64,000 nucleotides of DNA, from positions 214 to 64,213 of the forward strand of contig JAEZCN010000191.1 of assembly GCA_023433515.1 (NCBI GenBank), in the 5' to 3' direction. Position 1 is the stretch's first letter. Each line of letters opens with the position of its first letter. A program made the translations under genes and the position numbers. This DNA comes from Pseudomonadota bacterium. GTDB lineage: Bacteria; Pseudomonadota; Gammaproteobacteria; Steroidobacterales; Steroidobacteraceae. The notes beneath the pieces were generated by a model. The model saw only the letters and a program-made list of their open reading frames with translations. It made no database searches and was not told the origin of the DNA. Shown in pieces: positions 51,897 through 61,150 of this stretch.

Positions 51897-52865
51897 GTGA
51901 TGACCGGATCGTTCCGTGCGGCGTTAACCTGCGTATTACTCGTCGCATGTCCGATCATGGGTGGCGCGGCGCTGGCGCAATCGTCCGCGCCAGCGCCGGA
52001 CACCATCTTTCCACCGAAGATGCAGAGCTTTCCGCTCTACGGCGACGCCGCGATCCCCAACGCGAAGCCGGTCTCGGACGAAGAAGCCTCGGCGAACGGA
52101 AGCTGGATACAGAAAGTCTCGCGGCCCTTCATCCAGGTCTATCTACCTGCCCGCGCAAAGGCCACCGGAGCGAGCGTCGTGATCATCCCGGGCGGCGGGT
52201 ACGCGGGTCTCACCTTCGAATACGAAGGCACCGAGCAGGCGCGCTTCTTCGTCGATCACGGCATCGCGGCGTTCGTGGTGAAGTACCGCATCCCCAGCGA
52301 TCGGACCATGGTCGACAAGTCCATCGGCCCGCTGCAGGACGCGCAGCAGGCGATGCGCTTCGTGCGCGAGCGCGCCGCCCAGTGGAAACTGGACCCGGAA
52401 CGGGTCGGCGTGATCGGTTTCTCGGCCGGTGGTCACCTCGCGTCGACGCTCGCAACCCGCTTCGGCGAGCCACGCATCGAGAACCCGGATCGCGTCGAAC
52501 TGCGGCCCGACTTTCTCGTCCTCGTGTATCCCGTCATCAGCATGGACGCGAAGATCACGCACATGGACTCGCGCAAGGCGCTGCTCGGCGCGAACCCGTC
52601 GGACGACCAGGTCCGTTATTTCTCGAGCGAACTACACGTGACGAAGGATTCGCCGCCGGCACTGCTCCTGCACGCCGCGGACGATCGCCTGGTCGACGTG
52701 GAGAACAGCGTCGTGTTCTTCGATGCGATGCGGCGCGCGGGTGTGCCGGTCGAAGCGCGCCTGTTCCAGCAGGGTCAGCATGGATTCATCCTCATGCCGC
52801 GCGACCGCTGGCAGGGCGCGATCATGGAGTGGCTCACGGTGAACGGCTGGCTGAGTTCGAGATGA
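51897..52865 (+). CDS. Alpha/beta hydrolase (esterase, xylanase/acetyl-esterase-like)
   Basis: VVIIPGGGYAG, IGFSAGGHLAS (GxSxG), HAADDRLV, GQHGF. Signal peptide present. The start is GTG at 51897 or ATG at 51900. Confidence 0.85.
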   Translation: MMTGSFRAALTCVLLVACPIMGGAALAQSSAPAPDTIFPPKMQSFPLYGDAAIPNAKPVSDEEASANGSWIQKVSRPFIQVYLPARAKATGASVVIIPGGGYAGLTFEYEGTEQARFFVDHGIAAFVVKYRIPSDRTMVDKSIGPLQDAQQAMRFVRERAAQWKLDPERVGVIGFSAGGHLASTLATRFGEPRIENPDRVELRPDFLVLVYPVISMDAKITHMDSRKALLGANPSDDQVRYFSSELHVTKDSPPALLLHAADDRLVDVENSVVFFDAMRRAGVPVEARLFQQGQHGFILMPRDRWQGAIMEWLTVNGWLSSR

Positions 52866-53003
52866 TTCGCGAGTGAAGGCGCAGTAACAAAGGTGTTCCC
52901 GGCCCAGGGCCTGGCGCAATCCGTCGTACGTCAGCATCCACCCGCAACGACTGCGGGCCATTCCTACTTTCCGAATGGTGTCCTGGAATCGCATCTTCCA
53001 GAC

Positions 53004-54299
53004 ATGCGAAAACCAGCTTTCGGGACTTCTTGCGGCTGCATCGCGGCATTCATGCTCGCGGCCGCCGCGGGGCCGGCATCGAGCAACGCGGCAGACAAGC
53101 TCGTGCCGCAACATTCGGAAGACGTTCGACCCGCACTCAAACGAGGCGCCGACGGAGAATCCGCGACTCTCGAGCTCGAGGCGTTCGACCGGGATTTCCG
53201 CCTGCAACTCACGATCAACCAGCGACTCGCGAATGTCGCTGCCGGCAGTTCCGTGCAGCTCTACAAGGGAACCGTCGAAGGCGTGCCCGGTTCCTGGGCG
53301 CGCATCAGCATTCAGGACGGTCGGCCGCGCGGCATGATTTGGGATGGCAGTGAGATATTCGTGGTCGATGCGGCGCCGGATGGAGTCAATTACGGCGCCG
53401 CAGGCACGGTGATGTTCAAATTATCGGACGCCGTGATGGAGCAGAGCGTTTCGCTCGACGGCGATACGGTGGAGACGCCGCGCGACGCATCGGCGGCCTA
53501 CGACGCCATGATCGACGACGTGCGCGCCAGGATGCAGGGACTTCAGTCCGGCGCACCCGATGAGGTCGTCGAGATATCCATCCTCGGCGATGCGGACTAC
53601 CTGGCTCGCTACTCGAGCGAAACGCAGGCCCGCGACGCGATTCTCACGCGCCTCAACAACGTGGACGGAATCTTCAGCGCGCAGCTCGGCGTGCAACTGC
53701 AGGTCGTGTCGGTGGATATCGCCGGCACTCACACGGCCAGCCTTTCCGGGACCACCGATTCCGGCAAATTGCTGGAAGAGCTCGGACAGTTGCGACGAGA
53801 CAGGACCGCGCTTTCATCGACCGGACTCACACACTTGTTCACCGGGCGCCGGCTCAACGGCGACAGCGCGGGCATTGCCTACATGCTCGCACTCTGCAGC
53901 CCGCGTTATGCCACCAGTCTCGCCATGGCGCACGGCAACGCCGTGCTCGATAGTTTGATCACCGCGCACGAGATCGGTCATGTATTCGGCGCGCCCCACG
54001 ACGGAGAGGATGACTGCTCGGGCACGCCGCAGGGCGAATACATCATGACGCCGTCGATCAGCACGTCGGTCGCGTCGTTCTCACAATGCAGCATCGACGA
54101 GATCGAAGCGGTGATCGACAGCTACTCGTGCGTGGTCCCGCTGCCGGCGTCCGGTCCGGCCCCGCTCGAGCCTCCGGCCCCGCCATCCGGTGACGGTGAC
54201 GGAGGCGGAGGAAGCAGCGGAGGCGGCGGCGGATCGTTCGATCCGTTCCTGTTACTGCTCTTGCTCGCGCTCGGGGCGAGAAGGGCGCGTCGAACGTGA
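53004..54299 (+). CDS. Reprolysin-like (M12B/metzincin) zinc metalloprotease with a Gly-rich + hydrophobic + Arg C-terminal sorting-type tail
   Basis: HEIGHVFGAPHD (HExxHxxGxxHD). Signal MRKPAFGTSCGCIAAFMLAAAAGPASSNA. Tail GDGDGGGGSSGGGGGSFDPFLLLLLLALGARRARRT (54192..54296). Confidence 0.8.
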   Translation: MRKPAFGTSCGCIAAFMLAAAAGPASSNAADKLVPQHSEDVRPALKRGADGESATLELEAFDRDFRLQLTINQRLANVAAGSSVQLYKGTVEGVPGSWARISIQDGRPRGMIWDGSEIFVVDAAPDGVNYGAAGTVMFKLSDAVMEQSVSLDGDTVETPRDASAAYDAMIDDVRARMQGLQSGAPDEVVEISILGDADYLARYSSETQARDAILTRLNNVDGIFSAQLGVQLQVVSVDIAGTHTASLSGTTDSGKLLEELGQLRRDRTALSSTGLTHLFTGRRLNGDSAGIAYMLALCSPRYATSLAMAHGNAVLDSLITAHEIGHVFGAPHDGEDDCSGTPQGEYIMTPSISTSVASFSQCSIDEIEAVIDSYSCVVPLPASGPAPLEPPAPPSGDGDGGGGSSGGGGGSFDPFLLLLLLALGARRARRT

Positions 54300-54372
54300 G
54301 TCCAACTTCCGGCGCCATTCACGACACCTTCTGATTTGCCGGCATGACCGGCTCGCAAACGGACTTGCCCGC

Positions 54373-54444
54373 GGTGGCGGTGGCGGATTAATCGATCCGG
54401 CCTTATTGCTGCTCATGCTTACGCTTCTGACCGTGCGACTGCGC
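54373..54444 (+). pseudogene. Orphan copy of a C-terminal sorting tail (GGGGGLIDPALLLLMLTLLTVRLR) with no protein body
   Basis: It shows DNA and peptide similarity to the tail of the upstream metalloprotease (ggtggcggtggcggattaatcgatccggcc... versus ggaggcggcggcggatcgttcgatccgttcc...). It lies 74 nt after that gene's stop. The upstream frame content is Arg/Ser junk. Confidence 0.4.
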
Positions 54445-54645
54445 CCCGGCACATCGCGCCAATGTTCGATAGCGGCGTCTACTGACTGGCTACGAGTCCT
54501 CTAGCTGTCGACATCGCTTACAGTCGTGGGCTGTGGAATCGCTAACTTCTTGAAAAGACATTGGCGGCTTGCTTATTGCAGGCTTCCGCCTGGACTGGAA
54601 TGGTAATCGTCAATAAGTACCAAACTAACAGGCAGGATTGAGAAT

Positions 54646-55362
54646 ATGCGCCTCGCAGCTTTTGTGATGGGTCTGGTCGCAATGGGCTCAGCGCACGCGA
54701 CCATTATCACGATTGACGCTCGGGATCTTGCACCAGGCGCACCCGTCAACGCAGCAGGTGCAAGGTTTTCGGTGTTCAAGAATGAAGGAGGAATCGTCGC
54801 TCTTGAGCCGTTGTTAGGCGGTGGTAGCGTGATCGGCGGCCTCTTTGGCGGAATGTATGACGCATTCCCATGCGTGCTCGACTCGAGCTGCGTGACCGAG
54901 CCATTTGCCTTGCTGCGCGTCGATTTTCATTCGCCGACCGACTATGTGGGAATGCGCGCCGTAGTTTCGAATTTCGAAGATCCAGGCGCTCTATGGGCAT
55001 TCAGGGCAGACGGCTCGCTGATCTCCTCATGCCATTTTTTCGGTGCAACGGCGCATGGGAGGCCGCCGCAGATAGGGGGTGTCGACTATGGATCGAGTGG
55101 GGAGCCCTGTGGGTACGTGCAGATGAGCGGCTGCGACCAGTGGACTTGCGCGACGTTCTTCAACTACATCTCAATTACTTCTTCGTCATCGGAGATCGCC
55201 TTCGTGCTTTTCGGTGGGTACGCTCACAACTGGAATAGGCACGCTGCAGATCAAATTAGCTACAGCGTTTCAGAGCCGAGTTCGATCGTCTTGCTCAGCG
55301 TGGGGCTGCTCGGTGCTCTTGCCAGTGCCCGGCGACGACGTTTCGGCGTCGGCTTGCGCTAA
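54646..55362 (+). CDS. PEP-CTERM sorting-domain protein (238 aa)
   Basis: Signal MRLAAFVMGLVAMGSAHA. C-terminus VSEPSSIVLLSVGLLGALASARRRR, i.e. a PEP-like motif, a TM helix and an Arg cluster. The gene and its flanks are visibly lower in GC. Confidence 0.8.
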   Translation: MRLAAFVMGLVAMGSAHATIITIDARDLAPGAPVNAAGARFSVFKNEGGIVALEPLLGGGSVIGGLFGGMYDAFPCVLDSSCVTEPFALLRVDFHSPTDYVGMRAVVSNFEDPGALWAFRADGSLISSCHFFGATAHGRPPQIGGVDYGSSGEPCGYVQMSGCDQWTCATFFNYISITSSSSEIAFVLFGGYAHNWNRHAADQISYSVSEPSSIVLLSVGLLGALASARRRRFGVGLR

Positions 55363-55517
55363 CTTCGTGGGACGAGGGAAATAGACTCGAGTTGGTGCTG
55401 CCCTCCCAGATAAGGAAACCTGCACACACGCGCTAACCATCTCGCGAAACTAGCTACCTGCAGAAATTGAGACCCAGCCGGAACTCCGGCTCGGCACAGT
55501 CCTGATATAACGCCCCG

Positions 55518-56681
55518 ATGGAATGCCCGAAGTGCCACCATCAGCAGGAAGCGACGGACAAGTGCGAGTCCTGTGGGGTGTATTTCTCGAAGCTGGCTGC
55601 TCCCTCGACCGCGCCGAAGCCGCCCCCGCGTCGCGGCGGGCCGCACGACGCGCCGGCGGGATCGAAGATCGGAATCGGTCCGATCGTCGCCACGGCTGCC
55701 GTCACCGGGTTGCTGGTCTTCTGGTTCATGCGCGACGAGGACGAGCGCCCAGCTCCCGTCAAGCCGGTGGCCGTTCGGACGGACTTGCGGACGATCGAGC
55801 GTCCGCCGACGGAGGAAGTGGAAGACGCCGGGGAAGACGAAGAACTGAACAGTAGTCAGGCCGGCCCGACCGATTCGGCGACCCCCCTCGAAGCCGCGCG
55901 CGATGCAACGGTTCTCATCGAGACGCCTTTCGGGACGGGCTCGGGATTCATCGTCGACGGACAATGCAACGTCGTCACCAACCGGCACGTGGTGGAGATG
56001 GACGGGGCAAAGATGGCCGACAGCGCCGTGCGCGACCGGGATACGCAGGCCAGACTGGCCCAGGCCGTGGATCGCCTCCGATATTCGCTCCGGACTGCCG
56101 AGGGGCGGTTGTACAACCTGCGCAATCAGCCCGGAACGAATGTCGAGCAGACCGTGCTCGAGCACAAGATCGCGGAGATGCGCAAAGCGCTCTCGGATCC
56201 GGAGAAGCACTTCAAGAATTACGTCATCGAGACAGTCAACAAGGAAAGTCGCGCCGGATTCTCGGCGACGCTGGCTGACGGCCGACGTTACGAAGGGCTG
56301 GACGCCAGGATCGCCGAGGACGTCGATCTCGCATTGTTCAAGCTGCCGGCGAAGTTCTGCACGTTCGTGCGTGCGGGTCGATCCACGGATCTCGGCTACG
56401 GCCAGCGCCTGTACACCATCGGCAATCCATCCGGCATGGCCTTCACGCTGACGTCGGGCGTCTACTCCGGCGAACGCGTCAACGGCGACAAGCGGCTGCT
56501 CCAGACGGACGCGCCTATCAACCCGGGCAATAGCGGCGGACCGCTGCTCACCGAAGATGGCCGTGTCGTCGGCGTCAACACCATGGTCCTGCGCGGCACG
56601 CAGGGAATCGGATTCGCATTGCCGATCGAGCTGGTGTTCGATGCGTTTCCGGAGCTGAATGCGATGCGCTTCAGGGACTGA
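55518..56681 (+). CDS. Membrane-anchored trypsin-like serine protease (S1, HtrA-like fold, no PDZ) with an N-terminal zinc ribbon
   Basis: Zinc ribbon MECPKCHHQQEATDKCESCG. TM segment IGIGPIVATAAVTGLLVFWF. Catalytic residues: His in VVTNRHVV, Asp in DVDLALFKL, Ser in NPGNSGGPL. About 110 residues of coiled-coil-like sequence lie between His and Asp. Confidence 0.85.
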   Translation: MECPKCHHQQEATDKCESCGVYFSKLAAPSTAPKPPPRRGGPHDAPAGSKIGIGPIVATAAVTGLLVFWFMRDEDERPAPVKPVAVRTDLRTIERPPTEEVEDAGEDEELNSSQAGPTDSATPLEAARDATVLIETPFGTGSGFIVDGQCNVVTNRHVVEMDGAKMADSAVRDRDTQARLAQAVDRLRYSLRTAEGRLYNLRNQPGTNVEQTVLEHKIAEMRKALSDPEKHFKNYVIETVNKESRAGFSATLADGRRYEGLDARIAEDVDLALFKLPAKFCTFVRAGRSTDLGYGQRLYTIGNPSGMAFTLTSGVYSGERVNGDKRLLQTDAPINPGNSGGPLLTEDGRVVGVNTMVLRGTQGIGFALPIELVFDAFPELNAMRFRD

Positions 56682-56705
56682 CGATTCGCGCGAGCGCTAC
56701 ACATT

Positions 56706-56731
56706 CTGACGAGCGGGGCTGCGCTCGTCAG
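56706..56731. terminator. 10-bp perfect hairpin shared by the convergent protease and serpin genes
   Basis: ctgacgagcg-gggctg-cgctcgtcag. The 3' arm overlaps the serpin stop codon (56728-56730). There is no T-tract, so termination is uncertain. Confidence 0.45.
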
Positions 56732-58035
56732 CGCTCGGAAGGATCGACGACGCGGCCCTGGAACAGTATCGCTCCCGTCGCGTTGTGACGGATGAAGAAC
56801 AGGAACGGGCGATCGACGACGAGCGTCGGGGGTGCCGACGTTACTCCAACCCCCACGCCGGTGGCGGCGGAGGCGGTCGTTCCCTTCTCGTCCACGGCGA
56901 TGATCGCCTTGTGTATGACGCTCTGAACCTGCAGACCGCGCGCGCCGTCGATGCCCGAAAAATCGGCGCTGTCGCCGAATGCTACGGGCATTCCCAGCGC
57001 CGACAGCGACTGGTTGAGCGGAACTTCGGTGCCGAACTCGAAACGCGGCATGATCAGGTTGGCGCCGCCGGCCGGCGGCGCCCCCGCGAGAATGGCACCG
57101 ACGGATTCGGTAGTCAGGCCGGACTCGAAGCCCGAAAACGTGCCGGCGTCCGGGACCACGATGATCATCGAGGTCGTGTCGCCCACGTAGTCCAGTGCAC
57201 CCGCGTTCCAGCCCGGGCCGTTCCAGATGCCTGCGTTGTATTGCCCGTTCATCATCGGCACGGAAACGTCGCCGGTGAGCGCGTGGAAGGTCGCGTTGGA
57301 GCTGTCTTTCAGGAACGGGACCTTCCAGTCCCCGTGGAAGAAGACCGCGTTGGCCAACACCAGCCGGGTGAGCGTGTTGATGGACCCCTCGGGGAACAGT
57401 GTCGGTATCTGATCCTCCGTCACATCGGCGACCCAGCGATTGATCGACTGGCGGGCTTGCTCGGGGGCGGAGGAGAAATTCTCCGTATGGAGACCGGCGT
57501 CGTAATTTTCCGCGAGCACGTCGAGGTAGGCAGGCAGGACGTTCAGGCCCTGCTGGATCCAGATCGAATTCGCGATGTTCACGCGAAATGACGCCGGGTC
57601 GCCGGCGGGCGGTGGAGTGGTCAGTGCCAGGTCCAGCGCATTGAAGGCGGCGTGCAGCCGTGGGGCGGGCAGGCTGAAGCGGAGGGCATCGGCCATCTGC
57701 GTCGCGGTCGTCGTCCTCGCGCCGGCGTACAACATCGCGAGCGCGGTCGAGATGCTGGTCTGGGAGTAGACGAAATTGCCCTGATCCTGCGACCGGATCT
57801 GGTGGTAGAGGTCGATCGAGAATGCGAGGTTGTCGTTCGCGAAGGTGGCGGCGTCTTCGTTGCTGACCAGCGGGGACGTGAGACGCTGCCTGGAGGAGCG
57901 CAGCTCGTTCAACTGGAAGTCGTCGCGTGGGGACGAGCCATCGGCGCTACCCGAGCCGCCGCAGGACGACAGCGTCATCACGGACATCAGGACCAGGCAC
58001 GGCAACATCACCAGCGAATCGAGTAGACGTCTCAT
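56728..58035 (-). CDS. Serpin (I4 family) lipoprotein, inhibitory-type hinge
   Basis: The ATG at 58035 follows GAGGGAGGTG. Signal MRRLLDSLVMLPCLVLMSVMTLSSCGG (lipobox). Serpin signatures SISTALAMLYAGARTTTATQM and FHGDWKVPF. Hinge and reactive loop EKGTTASAATGVGVGVTSAPP. C-terminus VVDRPFLFFIRH..GAILFQGRVVDP. Confidence 0.9.
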   Translation of the reverse strand: MRRLLDSLVMLPCLVLMSVMTLSSCGGSGSADGSSPRDDFQLNELRSSRQRLTSPLVSNEDAATFANDNLAFSIDLYHQIRSQDQGNFVYSQTSISTALAMLYAGARTTTATQMADALRFSLPAPRLHAAFNALDLALTTPPPAGDPASFRVNIANSIWIQQGLNVLPAYLDVLAENYDAGLHTENFSSAPEQARQSINRWVADVTEDQIPTLFPEGSINTLTRLVLANAVFFHGDWKVPFLKDSSNATFHALTGDVSVPMMNGQYNAGIWNGPGWNAGALDYVGDTTSMIIVVPDAGTFSGFESGLTTESVGAILAGAPPAGGANLIMPRFEFGTEVPLNQSLSALGMPVAFGDSADFSGIDGARGLQVQSVIHKAIIAVDEKGTTASAATGVGVGVTSAPPTLVVDRPFLFFIRHNATGAILFQGRVVDPSER

Positions 58036-58268
58036 GGCCACCTCCCTCGTAAACGTGGATGAGAGCTTTGCACGACACCCATCGGGCGTCTGTGAAGATC
58101 TGTGTTCCGGGCCGGCCGGCGTCCCGCATATCTAACTAACTGATGCGAAAGAAATATTGACGCGGTCGCTCCCGAGTTCGATCGATTGATCGCCGGCGCG
58201 CGATTGCGCGAGCGGACGCATGAGGGAGGATCGGTCGATGCGCACGGCCGCAAGCAAACGCCTGCCCG

Positions 58269-59561
58269 TCAGAACGCCGCGTCGAACCCGATCAGCAGGT
58301 AGTTCTCGAGGGTCTCGTGCCCCACGAAGTCGGGATCATCGTCGCGGCTCAGCAGGTCCGCATTCACTTCGATGACGCCCTTCACATTTCGCATGAAGTA
58401 GTACGACGCGCTCAGCGTGAGTGAATTCATGTCGATGCCCTCGAACACGGTCTGGGTGCCCTCGAAATCGCGCGAGTCGTTGTAGTTGTAGAGCAGCGAG
58501 AAAGTCCAGCGGTCGCTGTGGATGTAATCCACGCCGGCAAACGCGCCGAACCAGCGGAAGTCGCGCTCGGGTTCGACGTCCAGGAAATCATCCCACTCGC
58601 TCCACAATACCTGCGCGAACCAGTACGTCTTGGCGCCGCGCTGGCCCGAGATGTCCAGGCCATACACCCGGCGGTCCGTGTCGCGTGCGCCGATGCGCTC
58701 ACCGGCGGAACCGGCGGCGCTGCGCTGCTCGCCGGCCAGGCCGAAAAGGCCGGTGGAGACGAGGCCGAACCGCGTGCCGACGCGCATGAACATCGACTTG
58801 CTGTCGTCGTTGTCGAACATCCGGTCGGGCCGCCGGAATCCCGGTGAGTCGATGTTCAGGTTGGCGTCGATACCATTGCCGTTCACGGCGCCGATGTCCA
58901 CATCGACAGGCCCCAGCCCACGGCCTAACAACACGCCGCGCTCGTACGTGATGCCCGCCATGCGATAGAGCTGGAAGTCCTGGAAGGTGAGGCGCGTTTC
59001 ACGCGGAAACATCAGGTCCGAGACCTGGAACTGGCCGAGCTGCATGCCGATGCCAGTGCCGAAGACATCGTCATGGCTGAACCAGGCGTCCTCGATCAGT
59101 ACGGTGCCGTTCTCGCCCTTCTCCGCGAAGATGCCGTATGCATAAAAGGTGATGTGGTCGGAGAGCGGCGCCGACATGATCAGCTTGATCAGATAGGGCG
59201 CCTGGACATCGAAGCTCGAGCCGTTGCCGGTGGGGCCGGTGACAGGATCAACATCCTCGCCGTCACGGCCCTGCACGAACGCTTGTGCCCGGATACCAAG
59301 GGGCAGGGACGACGGCAACGCGAGCCGATCGTCGCCGCCGCTCACCGCTTTCTCCTTCCAGTTCGGCAACCTCATGTTGAGGTCGTCCCGGAAGCTCTCG
59401 CCGAAGGCATTGAGCCGCGGATAGGCCGAATGGCAGACGTTGCAGCTCATCTCGTACTGCCGCGCGAACCCGGGCATGGCTTGAGATGTTCCGCTGAATG
59501 CCAGTGCGATCAGCAGCGCAACAGCGGGCGCAGAAAAGAACGGCAACCCCGATCTGCTCAT
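58269..59561 (-). CDS. Predicted outer-membrane beta-barrel protein with an N-terminal CxxCH (c-type heme-binding-like) motif
   Basis: Signal MSRSGLPFFSAPAVALLIALAFSGTSQA. The mature N-terminus is MPGFARQYEMSCNVCHSAYPRLNAFGESF. Alternating beta-strand pattern, and a C-terminal ...LLIGFDAAF with aromatic terminus. Confidence 0.7.
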   Translation of the reverse strand: MSRSGLPFFSAPAVALLIALAFSGTSQAMPGFARQYEMSCNVCHSAYPRLNAFGESFRDDLNMRLPNWKEKAVSGGDDRLALPSSLPLGIRAQAFVQGRDGEDVDPVTGPTGNGSSFDVQAPYLIKLIMSAPLSDHITFYAYGIFAEKGENGTVLIEDAWFSHDDVFGTGIGMQLGQFQVSDLMFPRETRLTFQDFQLYRMAGITYERGVLLGRGLGPVDVDIGAVNGNGIDANLNIDSPGFRRPDRMFDNDDSKSMFMRVGTRFGLVSTGLFGLAGEQRSAAGSAGERIGARDTDRRVYGLDISGQRGAKTYWFAQVLWSEWDDFLDVEPERDFRWFGAFAGVDYIHSDRWTFSLLYNYNDSRDFEGTQTVFEGIDMNSLTLSASYYFMRNVKGVIEVNADLLSRDDDPDFVGHETLENYLLIGFDAAF

Positions 59562-59878
59562 GAGGGGGAGAATGCCACCAATCGTCCATCTCGAGACACG
59601 CGCCCACTACGTAAGGGGCTCAGTAGAAGGCCGTATCCGCACAGTCGGACATCCGGAGCAGCATCCGTTCTCTATCTAGTGGCGATGAAGTCTCACGTAC
59701 GGGGGACCTGATGACGCACCGCAACCCGGCCGTCGGCGAGCCGATCGACGTGCGCTGCTGCCGGCGGAGCAGCCTCAGTGCGACTTTCACCGGGCAGTCA
59801 TCGTGATTTCCGACGGTCAGTCACGAAGCTGGAGGCGAATGATCCGCGATCTCTTCTCGAGAGTGGAATAGTTCAGAC

Positions 59879-61150
59879 ATGCGGACTCACCGGATCGCCG
59901 GGTGGCAGGTCGTGATCGGGGTCACCGCGATCACAGCGGTGCTCGTGCTGGCGGAAATTCCACGCGACACCTGGCTCTCGAGTGCGGCCGCAAGTCTGGT
60001 GCTCGGGGCGTCCGCACTCGCTCTCATGGGCACCGCGGCCCTGCTTGCAGCTCGCTGGAAGGTGATCGAATCCGTTCTCGGAGGGCTCGATCGCGTCTAC
60101 CTGGCGCACAAGTGGCTGGCGGTGTGGGCTCTCGTCTTCGCCTCGGTGCACCTGGTTTTCCAGGCCGAATTGAAGGTGTGGGACTTAGCTTCCATCCTTG
60201 AACTCCCGCGATACACGACAAGGCTGGTGCGGCAGCTCAGTTTCGTCGCGCTCATGTTGATCGTGTTGCTCGCGCTGAACCGCAAGATTCCTTACAGCAC
60301 CTGGCGATGGTGGCACAAGCTTTCCGGGCCACTGTTCCTGATCGTCATCCTTCACTGGCTGAGCATCCGTTCGCCCGTCGCGCTCGCAAGCCCGGCGGGC
60401 ATCTGGCTTGCGGGAATCGCCTCGCTGGGCGTCGCGGGCGCTGCGTACAAGTTGTTGCTGTACCCACGTGTCGGGAACTCCGCCGAATATGAGGTTCTGC
60501 AAGCATCGCCCGAGGGCTCGGCGCTGCACCTCGAACTCCAGCCGGTCGGCAAGCCGATCTCGTTCAAGGCGGGGCAGTTCGGATTCCTGAGCATCAAGGA
60601 AGACGGGTTGCGGGAGCCGCACCCCTTCACGATCGCCGCACGCAGTCCTGAAGGTCGAGTCCATTTCGTGATTCGCGATCTCGGCGACTACACGCATCGG
60701 CTCATCGAAGTCACACGCCCCGGCATGCGCGCCGACATCTACGCACCCTACGGTCGCTTCGCACGTGTCTCCTCGGCCTCGCACGAGATATGGATCGCTG
60801 GCGGCGTGGGTGTGACGCCTTTCATCGCGTGGCTGACAGACCCCGAAGCCGTGCCCTTCGAGCGAGTCACGTTCTTCTACTTCTTCACTCCCGGTCGCGA
60901 ATTCCCCAGTGCCGCTTCGCTGCGGGAACTGTCGGAGAAACATGGAGTGGAATTCGTGGCGGTGTCGCAGGGACCTTCGAGTCCTGAGTTCACCGATATC
61001 CTGGCACGGATCGCGAACAGCGCGGACGCCACGCAAGTGACCGTGAGTCTGTGCGGCCCGAAGGGCCTGCTTGCAGCCGTTCGCGCGCGGATGCGGTTGA
61101 ATGGCATGCCGCAGAAGAACCTGCACTACGAATACTTCGAATTCAGATGA
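59879..61150 (+). CDS. NOX/ferric-reductase-domain protein: 6-TM bis-heme domain + FAD- and NAD(P)H-binding domains
   Basis: Two His pairs in TM helices, spaced 14 and 13 residues (AHKW...SVHL; WWHKL...ILHWL). FAD motif HPFTIAA. NAD motif IAGGVGVTPF. C-terminal CGPKGL. Confidence 0.85.
   Translation: MRTHRIAGWQVVIGVTAITAVLVLAEIPRDTWLSSAAASLVLGASALALMGTAALLAARWKVIESVLGGLDRVYLAHKWLAVWALVFASVHLVFQAELKVWDLASILELPRYTTRLVRQLSFVALMLIVLLALNRKIPYSTWRWWHKLSGPLFLIVILHWLSIRSPVALASPAGIWLAGIASLGVAGAAYKLLLYPRVGNSAEYEVLQASPEGSALHLELQPVGKPISFKAGQFGFLSIKEDGLREPHPFTIAARSPEGRVHFVIRDLGDYTHRLIEVTRPGMRADIYAPYGRFARVSSASHEIWIAGGVGVTPFIAWLTDPEAVPFERVTFFYFFTPGREFPSAASLRELSEKHGVEFVAVSQGPSSPEFTDILARIANSADATQVTVSLCGPKGLLAAVRARMRLNGMPQKNLHYEYFEFR

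Noticed and set aside
58133-58143. TAACTAACTGA, with stops in all three + strand frames (a similar ACTAACTAAA occurs at 46064..46073)
   Set aside because: It looks like an engineered or cassette-style three-frame stop. However, it sits in an AT-rich promoter-like stretch upstream of the minus-strand serpin gene, and no + strand gene ends there. It is most likely coincidental promoter sequence.
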